Below, piece by piece: positions 9,672-18,514 of a stretch of DNA of 64,000 nucleotides. Position 1 is the first letter of the stretch. Each line of letters starts with the position of its first letter. The DNA lies in assembly GCA_963716175.1 (NCBI GenBank), contig OY970296.1:2272001-2336000 (forward strand). The letters run 5' to 3'. The notes beneath the pieces were generated by a model. That model saw nothing but the letters and a program-made list of their open reading frames with translations, ran no database searches and was not told the origin of the DNA. Both the position numbers and the translations under genes were made by a program. This DNA is from an uncultured Armatimonadetes bacterium (GTDB lineage: Bacteria > Armatimonadota > Hebobacteria > Hebobacterales > Hebobacteraceae).

Positions 9672-11048
9672 CTAGCGTTCCGCTCGCGTAATGAGCTTCC
9701 AGAAGAAGAACGCGGGCTCGTCGCGTATGGCGGCCTGGTGGTCGCGCAGGTCGTAGATCCCCTGTAGGGCTGCGACGAGAGCTGCCGCCAGGGTCAAGCC
9801 CCCGGTCGGATATGCGGCAACAAGCGATGTCGCGATCACACCGGCGTTCAGAAAGACACGGCTCTTGAGTTGCTTGTTCGCACGCGAGACTCTGTCAACC
9901 GCGTCTCCCAAGATGTCCCGCTGCACTGTCTTGATACGCTGCTCGAGTGTTGCCGTTCCCCCATCTGACGCGATCTCTGCGAACGCCCTGTCGAGAGCTT
10001 CTCGGAACCGCTCGAACGCATCTTCGTCTCGACGCACCTTAGCCAGATCCGCTATTGAGACCTTGTCCAAAACCGGGAGGTCTATTCGTAACAGTGCTGA
10101 GGAAACCGGTTCCATCGGCATCTCTGCTGACAGACCGATCTCCAACATGTCTCGCGACACGGGCGAGCCCGTAAGGAGACGAGCTCCGCTCGCGCAAGCC
10201 GCACGAACATCTTGGACGACCCCTTCGAATCTGTCTCGGAGCACCGCAGCGGCGGACTGGTTCACCCACGTCTCGAACTCTTCCTCGGTCACTGGCTGCG
10301 GATCACGGAGATTCAGGGAAGTGTGGAGTATCCGGTGCTCTTCATCCTCGTCGCGGATGGGCAAGATCTCGTGAAGGAAGAACAGCCGTCGCGGCTCGGT
10401 CGGATCGCCGCGAAAGCCGCAAGCGATCATGCGACCGGGGGTCAGAGGTCCATCCGTCACGACAAAGTCACTGTCCACGTAGCGCACTGGTTGAACGAGC
10501 AGACTCTCAACGCCGTACGCTATTAGGGATGGCGGCGGGGCAGATGGTGACTGCTCAAACAACGGCACTGACCCGGGTTTCGGAACGAACCAGCTGAGGG
10601 TCCTGGCCCGTTGTCGTCCCAGCGGGACCACGATCCCACTTTCGACCAGAGGCCTTATCTCAAGGAGTCGGCCCAGCGCACCCCGTATGGCCTGTTGCTC
10701 CCGCTCTAGTCTCGCCTCCTGTCCTTTCGTCACGGCGAACAGGTCAGCTCCTGGCCTCAGCCAGCGCACGGCAAGGCCGTAGAGCGGATCATCAAGGAAT
10801 ATCCGGTGGGCGTACAGGCAGAGTCGCCGTACGGCGCTCAACGGCAACCCCGGATCAGCAGAATCGGGATAGACCCGGAACACGCGTCGGTCGGTCTCTT
10901 CTCCGACAGCCTCCCTGTGTTCACATATCCGAGCGTACTCCTCATAGAACCGGGACAGTTCCTTGTCTGTCACCCGGCTAATCTGCGACTCGTCTATCTG
11001 CCCTCGTCGAGCAAGCCCGTAGCGCTCAATGATGTCGTAGACGCTCAT
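9672..11048 (-). CDS. Hypothetical protein, DUF6236-like architecture, C-terminal hydrophobic hairpin
   Basis: 458-aa ORF; LCLYAHRIFLDDPL, LPVLDKVSIADLAKVRRD..FERFREAL, then hydrophobic tail. Confidence 0.75.
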   Translation of the reverse strand: MSVYDIIERYGLARRGQIDESQISRVTDKELSRFYEEYARICEHREAVGEETDRRVFRVYPDSADPGLPLSAVRRLCLYAHRIFLDDPLYGLAVRWLRPGADLFAVTKGQEARLEREQQAIRGALGRLLEIRPLVESGIVVPLGRQRARTLSWFVPKPGSVPLFEQSPSAPPPSLIAYGVESLLVQPVRYVDSDFVVTDGPLTPGRMIACGFRGDPTEPRRLFFLHEILPIRDEDEEHRILHTSLNLRDPQPVTEEEFETWVNQSAAAVLRDRFEGVVQDVRAACASGARLLTGSPVSRDMLEIGLSAEMPMEPVSSALLRIDLPVLDKVSIADLAKVRRDEDAFERFREALDRAFAEIASDGGTATLEQRIKTVQRDILGDAVDRVSRANKQLKSRVFLNAGVIATSLVAAYPTGGLTLAAALVAALQGIYDLRDHQAAIRDEPAFFFWKLITRAER

Positions 11049-11171
11049 TCTAGTCCCGTAGTGTACCGGAACTGATCTGAGGGTTTCTTCGGCAGGTGCA
11101 GAGCGGGACCTGCCCTCTCGCGTGGTTGGTTGATGGGGTTTGAGATGGCTCGCGCGTCCCCGAAGCTAAGC

Positions 11172-11420
11172 TGACGGCCCCGGGCACCCCCCCAACTCCG
11201 GCTACCCCCTCGGCTGAGAGTCACGGCCTGGGGTTCCGTCACGTAGGGGACAGCAGTCAGGCTACCGTGGCAATCACCGGCAGTCCTCAGAGTCCAGTCC
11301 TCTATTGCTGTCCAGCTGCATCCTTTATGCCTCCGAGACGAAGGGGTGTCGGCGAGCGCACGGAATACCATGAGACCGGCTATGCAGAGGCTTCGAGAGC
11401 CGGGTGAGTTCTCGGATCGG
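11172..11420 (+). repeat. Dispersed intergenic element, copy 3 (hairpin 11172-11241)
   Basis: TGACGG/CCGTCA compensatory closing stem; AACTCCGGCTACCCCCTCGGCTGAGAGTC; minus-strand GGAGG plus ATG at 11321, ORF frameshifted. Confidence 0.85.
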
Positions 11421-11425
11421 AGGGC

Positions 11426-12445
11426 ATGACGGTGGAACGGGACGAGGGAGCCCCCGAGATCGCGTTCTACTATCCCGGCCACCTCTGGCGGTCCGGTGAC
11501 TGGATAAAGAACCTGCTCCTGTTCTTCGATGGCGTCGGGCTACTGGTTCCTTCCCACAAGAGGCTTGAGCCCGAGATACTCGATCCAGTCGTTGTGAAGC
11601 CCCTGCTGGATGAACAGCTGCTTCATATTCTCGAGCCTGAGGCATTAGTGGACCAGGAGGCAACTCAGCACCTTGTGGGCACGATGACGGACCTCATCGC
11701 GGCCGGGACCCTAGACCCTTTGGCCGCGGAGGGCGGCGCGTTTGACACTATCTCAAGGTCTCGCTTCGGGTACCATGGCGATCCTGGCCTGGCGGACATG
11801 ATGTTCGAGGAACTGAAAGCTCGTGCCCTCGCGCGCGACAGCGAAGATGGCGTCTCGATACCGATCCATCCGTCGATCCGCTACCTGATCCTTGCCTTGC
11901 TCGCACAGATTCTCCGACCGAAGGGACGCCAACTCGGCCTAGACTTGTCCCCGGTCACCGACCGCCCAGAACTCATCCAGGCGCTTTCCGAGTTCCTGAC
12001 GATAGCGGTCCCACCATCGGCCGGACAGGTGATAGCTCTTGACCTCCAGACGGTTGGCGTGGACCTCAGTGCTGTGCCAATCGACGAAGTCCTCAGCTTC
12101 CGCAGTTCAAACCTCGATTCCCACAGGGCTTACATCCGCGCCGTGCGCCGGTTCGTCCGTGAGCTGAGTGTGATGCCGGAAGAGAGTCGCCGCTTAGCGA
12201 TGTTGGATCGCGGGCGGGAACTCGATGATATGGCAAGCGATCTCACGCGCAATGCCCGGAAGGCCTGGCGTCGCGCAGCGGCGTTCGCGCTGAGCATCGC
12301 GGGGGCTACGTGGAAGATGGCCAGCGGTGACCCATTGGGGGCCCTTCTGGGGGCAGGGGCCGCCCTCGCTGGTGGCGTGGGGGGCACAGGTGCAGAGACT
12401 GGCGCGTATAGCTACCTGTTCGCCGCCCACGAGCGGTACGCCTGA
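11426..12445 (+). CDS. Hypothetical protein, DUF6236-like
   Basis: AFYYPG..WIKNLLLFFDGVGLLVP N-terminus; VPIDEVLSFR; Gly/Ala-rich hydrophobic C-terminus. Confidence 0.8.
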   Translation: MTVERDEGAPEIAFYYPGHLWRSGDWIKNLLLFFDGVGLLVPSHKRLEPEILDPVVVKPLLDEQLLHILEPEALVDQEATQHLVGTMTDLIAAGTLDPLAAEGGAFDTISRSRFGYHGDPGLADMMFEELKARALARDSEDGVSIPIHPSIRYLILALLAQILRPKGRQLGLDLSPVTDRPELIQALSEFLTIAVPPSAGQVIALDLQTVGVDLSAVPIDEVLSFRSSNLDSHRAYIRAVRRFVRELSVMPEESRRLAMLDRGRELDDMASDLTRNARKAWRRAAAFALSIAGATWKMASGDPLGALLGAGAALAGGVGGTGAETGAYSYLFAAHERYA

Positions 12446-13182
12446 GATGCCAACAGATCGCCCGCGTAACAGTGGCTACTGCGGTCCATGCACGGCGAGC
12501 CACGATTTCCGTCTTGAGCGCCGACGTATGTGCCGGCCAACTGGCGTGGAACTGGTGTCATCGGGCCACAAGTGGCCTCTTGACGAACGCGCAGCAAATC
12601 CGTGACGAGCCTTCGCCGGGATGCACACTCGCCCCCGTCGACAGGGACAGCGGGGCGAGGCCACAGAGGGCACGTCTCGGTCAACACGCATAGCTTTGCT
12701 GCCGAAGCGCTGCCGCAGGCCGTTTCGATCCCAGGTCCTTTTGGTAGTGGTGGAGGAAACTATACTCAGCCGCTCATGGCTCTCTGAGCCACCCGGAGAG
12801 GATGAAGAGGGCGGGCGACGGTGGTAGTTGGGTGGCGGACGAGCGGGATGAGATCGTTTCGGTCGTGGGTGCGATCAGCCCGCTATTCAGTCTGATCCGG
12901 GCGCAGCGTTTTCGAGCCCAGGAGTGCTGCCCGCACCTGGTGCGGAGTGGACTGCACCCCTGGGCCTGGACAGAATGGGGCGCGATGTAGCACCCTCTGA
13001 TGAGGCGGGAAAGAGAGGGCCTCATCATGGCAGTGACACGAAGGCCGCGTACCCGGGGCACCCAGCCCTGCACCCGCCCCTCTCTTGTCACCCCCGGTTG
13101 CTCACCGAGTCCAGACACTCCCGGAGCCCATGTGCCAGGGACGGCAGCGGCGACGGCCTCTCCGCCGCCGCCTTCCATACCC

Positions 13183-13258
13183 TGGTGCCGGGTCCCAGAG
13201 TCGAACTGGGGACACCCGGATTTTCAGTCCAGCGCTCTACCACCTGAGCTAACCCGGC
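13183..13258 (-). tRNA. tRNA-Phe (GAA)
   Basis: GCCGGGT/ACCCGGC acceptor stem, CTGAAAA anticodon loop, GTTCGAC T-loop, encoded CCA. Confidence 0.95.
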
Positions 13259-13393
13259 ACGCGAATCTCAGTCCTCAGTTGGGTAGGTTCGAACTGCCCC
13301 TCGGGAGCCAAGACGGTTCTTCACCCACCTCCGCTCCCCATCTTGTCCCAGGACGCGTGGGATTGCCCGTAGAGAGGCACTTTGTGTGACACC

Positions 13394-13759
13394 TCAGCCC
13401 ACTTCCTGGGGGTGCCGGCGACGCGCCAATCGCCTCGCCCGCGAGATGCGCTGGCGCACCCGGGCCTTCTCTCGCTTCAGCTCCGCAAGTTCGGCGTCTG
13501 CTGCGGCCTCCTGGTCGGGGTTACCGGCCGGGAATGAGATCAGGACATCGCAGCCCTTGCCTCCGCACAGCCATTGTGCGCGGCCGCCCTCGATGCCCAA
13601 GTAGTACAATCTGCTGCCGCAGCGTGGACATACCGGTGCCCCGCGATGGTCGGGCACGCCGCAGCGCGCGCAGCGCGAGGACCCGAAGAGCGAGCACCGC
13701 AGCAGGCACCGTGCGCGTTCGCCCGCAGAGGCAAGTCTCGAACGCTTGGCGCCGATCAT
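13394..13759 (-). CDS. Small Cys-rich zinc-ribbon protein
   Basis: CARCG, CPRCG, CxxxxC motifs; start overlaps the stop of the upstream gene. Confidence 0.55.
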   Translation of the reverse strand: MIGAKRSRLASAGERARCLLRCSLFGSSRCARCGVPDHRGAPVCPRCGSRLYYLGIEGGRAQWLCGGKGCDVLISFPAGNPDQEAAADAELAELKREKARVRQRISRARRLARRRHPQEVG

Positions 13760-15072
13760 CAGTTCCCGTCCCCAGGCCCCGAGTGGTCGACGTCGTCGCG
13801 GCTCGGCGCCGTTTCCCCTTGAGCAGCCTTGTACGCTTCGATCTGCTCGAAGTAGTCGCGTCCGGAATCGAGCAGCCAGGGCAGGCCTCCGTCCGCCTCC
13901 GGGTCTCCGTCCCCAGGTGCGGGTTCATAGTTCGCCAGGTGAGGGACTCTGATCGACCTCAGCTCCTGGCGCATGCCCTCCAGCGCCGCGATCTGCTCCC
14001 TGTAGCGGCCAGTGATGGCCTTTACCCGTCGCTCTATGGCTAGTCGTAACGCGGCCTCCTTCTCGCGGGCCTCCTCGGCCGCGTCCTCGTCCCAGAACTT
14101 GCCCAGAGCGTCGGACAGGATCCTGGCAAGCTCGCCGGGGTGAAGTGCCTCGAGCGCGTCGAGCTCCACCGCCCCCGCGCCATGGCGCTCCTCGAACTTC
14201 GCGCCGCGTCGCTCCGTCTCTTTGATCGGACTCCGGGGAAGGTCGTACTCGCACACCTGCGCTGCCGTTAGCACCAGGGGACGAAGCTTCACCTCGAGAC
14301 CGCTCCCGTGGACCATCCACTCGATCTTCCGGGCCACCGCCCGCGGCATCGACTGCCCGGCGGGATCGAAGTCCGAGACGTAGAAGATGCGCGCGGGCTT
14401 GTTCGCCTGGCGCAGTCGTTGGGAGAGCTCATGGACGGCGGTGATGCTCATCTCGCCCTCGCCGGTCACGAAGTTCGCACAATACTCCTCGCAGACAGGA
14501 AGCAGCACGTCGTCCATGGTGGACTTCTCCACCCACACCTCCAGGTAATAAGGCTGCACCATCGCCCGGTTGAAGCCACTCACGAATCGGTCGGATTCCC
14601 ATCGGCCGTTGATCCATACCGACGGATCGGAAAGCTCAGGGACGTTGACTTCGAACCGTGCCTGCGGTTCCCGCTGATAGTGGGTGAACAGGTGCGGGGC
14701 CGGGTTCTTGTGGTCGGCGATGTCGGCGATGCTCACCAGGCCTAGGTAGCGCGCCTGTTTGCTAGCCTGGCACAGGTTCTTCCAGGCCTCCTCCGTGTTC
14801 TCGTACGGCTTGCCATTACTCTGAGCCAGGCCGGTCTGAGAAACACACCAGTAGTGCATCCGGCGCAGATGCACGCCGCTCAAGTACCCCGCTCTCCGCC
14901 ACACTTCGGCGAACCACTCCGCCTGTGCCCGGCCGGTCGGGGTGCCAGCGTAGAACGGGTCGTTCTGAGGCGCCAGCGCTAGGACCGCTCTGACCGAGCA
15001 CCCGCGCTCCTTCGCCACCAGCTTCAGCGTCTCGTAGTCGAGACGCACCGCTGTCTGCACATCTGTCGTCAT
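13759..15072 (-). CDS. Spo11/topoisomerase VI-A-like TOPRIM protein
   Basis: HLRRMHY (catalytic-Tyr-like), EVWVEKS, SDFDPAG, ELDAL; SD AAGGAG. Confidence 0.8.
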   Translation of the reverse strand: MTTDVQTAVRLDYETLKLVAKERGCSVRAVLALAPQNDPFYAGTPTGRAQAEWFAEVWRRAGYLSGVHLRRMHYWCVSQTGLAQSNGKPYENTEEAWKNLCQASKQARYLGLVSIADIADHKNPAPHLFTHYQREPQARFEVNVPELSDPSVWINGRWESDRFVSGFNRAMVQPYYLEVWVEKSTMDDVLLPVCEEYCANFVTGEGEMSITAVHELSQRLRQANKPARIFYVSDFDPAGQSMPRAVARKIEWMVHGSGLEVKLRPLVLTAAQVCEYDLPRSPIKETERRGAKFEERHGAGAVELDALEALHPGELARILSDALGKFWDEDAAEEAREKEAALRLAIERRVKAITGRYREQIAALEGMRQELRSIRVPHLANYEPAPGDGDPEADGGLPWLLDSGRDYFEQIEAYKAAQGETAPSRDDVDHSGPGDGN

Positions 15073-15392
15073 GTCCGTCTCCTTCCGGCCATTGATTGAG
15101 GAGCCGCCAGCATCTGCCAGCGCCTCCTCGGTGCCTTGCTGCGTGTGCGGTTCCCGGCCAACAGAAGAGCGCCGCCTTTGCGAAAAAGGCCGCGCCCACT
15201 ACCAACGTCTGCCCGGGTTGTGTCCCTGTGCCGGGTCTAGATGGTCCCGGCAGCTGCTCCGCGGACGACCCCGCTTCTCGTAGCCGCGGGGCTCAACTGC
15301 GTATCCCGCTCCTCCTGCAACCGCGAGTTCGCGCTGATACCCGCTGACGCCAGCCTCACCAGGATGCGAGTGAGCCGCCCCCTGGCTGCACC

Positions 15393-15434
15393 TGTCCCAT
15401 AGAAGTAGTGCGTAGTTACTACTTCTATGGGACA
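15393..15434. repeat. Perfect 17-bp inverted repeat, candidate replication origin
   Basis: TGTCCCATAGAAGTAGT-8nt-ACTACTTCTATGGGACA, AT-rich in GC-rich context, just downstream of the primase-polymerase. Confidence 0.7.
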
Positions 15435-15553
15435 CCCCCCTGAGACGTGTCGCGGGCCGGTCCGGCGGCAGTCAGGAGGCCGGGTGTGACGGCACGCGGC
15501 GGGGCGGGCGCACGTCCCGCGGCTGGGTCGATGGCGGAGGCGGCCGGGCGCGG

Positions 15554-17110
15554 TCACGTTGCATCGCGTATCTCCACGATGACGCCGGCCGCCAGGTCGC
15601 CGCTCATCTGCACACCGCGCGGCGCGATCCACGCTTGCGGAATCAGGAACAGGCTCGCGACGCCACGTCCCGTCCCGGGCACCCACCGCGCTTCCTGTTC
15701 GTCGCCGGGGAACCGGGCCACCACGCGCCCGATCAGGCGCACCACCGACCGGCCGTGGTTGCTCAGGTGGCTTCGCGGTCGGCCGTCCGGATTCGCCCAC
15801 ACCACTTTCTCGCATCTGGTCGCCCCCACGATGTCGCGGGTGGTCCATGCGATCAGGTGGCGGGGGTCGTATCCGTTCCTGGTGGCGTGGCGCAGAAGCC
15901 CTTCCCAGAATGTCCGCTCATCGTCGGGCAGGTCGAGGGCATTCAGTGCCTCGAAGGCCCGGCCGTACCATGGCGAGAGAGCGACACGGCGGTCCAGCGG
16001 GTTGGTCATCTTCCAAAGGAACTGGCGGAAGGTCAGCACCCGTCGGAGGCGCCTCCCACCGGCCGCGAGCGGGGTGGCGATGGCACTGTCATTGCACCCT
16101 GGGGCGAAGCACTGACCGCGCAGGCGTCCATCCCGGCCGCGGAACACGCCGAAGCTGCGGGAGTGCCCGGCAGGCGGATCCTCGTGCCAGGGGCAGAAGC
16201 CGAGCCACTGCTCATCTCCTGCTGGTTCCAGGGAAGGGATGTACTTCTGCCATTCGGCGATGTCATAGTCGCCATTCCCGACCCTCACTCTTGGTACCTG
16301 GCCGCGGGGCGCACGCCCGGCCCTTTCTGCGGGCGAGCGCGTTTCCCGCGCTCTGCTCTCGCTCTGCCTCCGCATGAGCGCCACCATCCAGGCGGGGGCA
16401 TCGGCGATGGGGTCGGAGGGGTGTCCGAGCCATCGCTTCTGGAAGCTAGGCGGGATGAACGCGAGGGTACCCGGCCCGAGCAGTTCAAGCTTGCCGGCGC
16501 GCGGGTCCGCATCTGGGTCAAGATCGGGGACGTGGTGCCGGCCGACATAGGGCACCGCGTGGCGGTACCAGTGGTGAACCCCGCGAGTGCCAGCGACACC
16601 CACCGTCTGGGGTAGGCCCTGCTCCTCGGCGTATTCCGCAGCCTCGGGCGAGTCTGGGTCGGCGATCACCAACCACCGCGGGATGATGATGGCGAGCCCG
16701 TTCGTCCGCTGCGCCTTGCTGGTGATAGTCTGCTCGACCTCCACCCAAGGGATGCGTACGCCATCCAGGACGCGTGAGCGCCAACCACCCTTCACCCACT
16801 TGATCTGGGGAACGCCCTTCTTGCTGGCGGTGCGGCGGACGGGAATGGCAGTAAGACCAGCTTGCCAGCAGAGGCGAGCATTGGTGAGCAGTTCAGCCAG
16901 CGTGGGCGGATAGGGCAAGAAGTCATCGGTAGCTGGTCGCGCTTCCGCGTTTGCCGGTTGCCGCGGACACGGTTCACCGTTGCCTATGCTGGCGTCATCT
17001 TGTGACGCCCCAGTGATCCGCGCCCTGGTTATCGCGTCGCTACCCGGCACTGTCCACACCTTGTCAGGAACGCGCGGGACCCCCGGCGCCAATGCCGAGG
17101 GTCCCGCCAT
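15554..17110 (-). CDS. Bifunctional DNA primase/polymerase (AEP Prim-Pol) with CHC2-like zinc finger; true start may be internal
   Basis: GLTAIPV, NGLAII..LVIADPD, RGVHHWY, LELLGPG..FIPPS, FCPWHED..C..C. Confidence 0.75.
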   Translation of the reverse strand: MAGPSALAPGVPRVPDKVWTVPGSDAITRARITGASQDDASIGNGEPCPRQPANAEARPATDDFLPYPPTLAELLTNARLCWQAGLTAIPVRRTASKKGVPQIKWVKGGWRSRVLDGVRIPWVEVEQTITSKAQRTNGLAIIIPRWLVIADPDSPEAAEYAEEQGLPQTVGVAGTRGVHHWYRHAVPYVGRHHVPDLDPDADPRAGKLELLGPGTLAFIPPSFQKRWLGHPSDPIADAPAWMVALMRRQSESRARETRSPAERAGRAPRGQVPRVRVGNGDYDIAEWQKYIPSLEPAGDEQWLGFCPWHEDPPAGHSRSFGVFRGRDGRLRGQCFAPGCNDSAIATPLAAGGRRLRRVLTFRQFLWKMTNPLDRRVALSPWYGRAFEALNALDLPDDERTFWEGLLRHATRNGYDPRHLIAWTTRDIVGATRCEKVVWANPDGRPRSHLSNHGRSVVRLIGRVVARFPGDEQEARWVPGTGRGVASLFLIPQAWIAPRGVQMSGDLAAGVIVEIRDAT

Positions 17111-17216
17111 GAGCCAACCTGCTTAGTTGTCTATCGAATGCCCTGCCAGGTACCTACCGAGGATCTAGCCCGCACGCCGATCTGCGGTGCCCCCACCCCG
17201 CCTGCCGGTCACCCTC

Positions 17217-17969
17217 TCACGAGGATCTCGGCTCTATCCCCAACCGCCGCGCCAGCCTCTCGACCGCTCCGCCAAAATCGACGTGCTCGATCAGCTCCAC
17301 GAATCGGAACACATCGCCTTGCGCCTTGCAGCTGTAGCAGATCCAGAGGCCTAACTCCGGGTCCACGTGGAATGACGGTATGCCCTCATGTCGGTGGAAC
17401 GGGCAGAGGCCGACTAGATGCCGCCCCACCCTGACCAGCTCGGCGTGGGGCGCTATCACCTCCGCGAAGTCGACCCGCCGGCGAATATCCGCGAGGTCGT
17501 AGCCGCGGCCGGGGGAAGGTCGCTCCTCATACATCACTGATCTCCCGACCGCGGCAGCGTCTTCGGCCTCGTGGATTATGCGTTCCAGGCGTTCCATCAC
17601 CTTGCGCACCTGCCTGGGGCTCAGAGCGAACTCTATGCTCGACGAGCCCCAATGAAGGCCGAGTACTGCCTCGTTCGTGTAGTAGGTCCTGCCGGGCGAC
17701 TGCTCATCGTCTCGGACCTGAAAGGCACCATTCCTGAGCGATAGGTAAGCACTGTCGCCCTCGTCCTCGGACGCGTCAGTTCGCGCAGCTTTCGCAAGAA
17801 GGTTAGCTACCTTCCCTCCCATCCCAGTGATCCGACCTCGGACGCGTTTGTACGGCTCGCTGAACCAGGATGGCCTGTGGAAGGCCACTGGTTCTCCGTC
17901 CTCGATCTCGACAACGTCGCCATCTGAGATCCTCACGTCTGCCGTTCCTTCCGTCTGCACTTCCTTCAT
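17217..17969 (-). CDS. Protein with C-terminal CHC2 (DnaG-type) zinc-binding domain
   Basis: GLCPFH..PSFHV..WICYSC..GDVFRFV; SD GGAGG before ATG 17969. Confidence 0.85.
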   Translation of the reverse strand: MKEVQTEGTADVRISDGDVVEIEDGEPVAFHRPSWFSEPYKRVRGRITGMGGKVANLLAKAARTDASEDEGDSAYLSLRNGAFQVRDDEQSPGRTYYTNEAVLGLHWGSSSIEFALSPRQVRKVMERLERIIHEAEDAAAVGRSVMYEERPSPGRGYDLADIRRRVDFAEVIAPHAELVRVGRHLVGLCPFHRHEGIPSFHVDPELGLWICYSCKAQGDVFRFVELIEHVDFGGAVERLARRLGIEPRSS

Positions 17970-18514
17970 CGTTTCGCCTCCGTGGTATGCTTCACGTGGG
18001 GATCTCCCCACGGTCCTGAGTCACCGCCTACCTCCCGGACTGCCGGCGGCCGAACAGAAGGACCCGCGGCGATCACGCCGGGGTCCCTCGATGCTTGGGT
18101 CTCTACGGTTGTCTAGGGTTCGCGACTGGGCTAAACCAGGCCTGGCGCGCCCTACCCGCCACCAGCAGCCAGTCGTCGCTGTTCAGCGCCGCTGCTGTGG
18201 CTGTGGCGGTCTAGGAGCCTGATCCTCCTGGGCGGGAGACGAAATATCAAGGGTGTCAAAATCCCGCCGGGGCTATATACGCTCTCAACTTTGCCGGTCA
18301 GCTGCAGCAACGCCTCCAGGCTTCCGTGCACCAGCAGCTTCGCGCCCGGCCGCTTGCGCTTTGGCCGTGGGTCCTCGTGCACTTCGATCTTCCCCGCCAA
18401 GCGCGACAGGGCGCTCCCACCGTGGTCCCACGGGCCCTCAACCGCGCACCTGCTTTCACGCGTCGGGCGACTGATGCGCAGCCATCAGGCCTTGGGCCGC
18501 CGGGACGTTCCCTC

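Larger units (their letters stand above)
7677..13213. mobile_element. Putative integrated island bounded by tRNA-Phe 3'-end direct repeats; no integrase seen
   Basis: 33-bp identical core at 7677-7709 and 13181-13213; atypical cargo genes. Confidence 0.65.

Noticed and set aside
13759-15072. Wadjet JetD or a complete topoisomerase VI
   Set aside because: No jetABC/SMC genes or TopoVI-B subunit nearby
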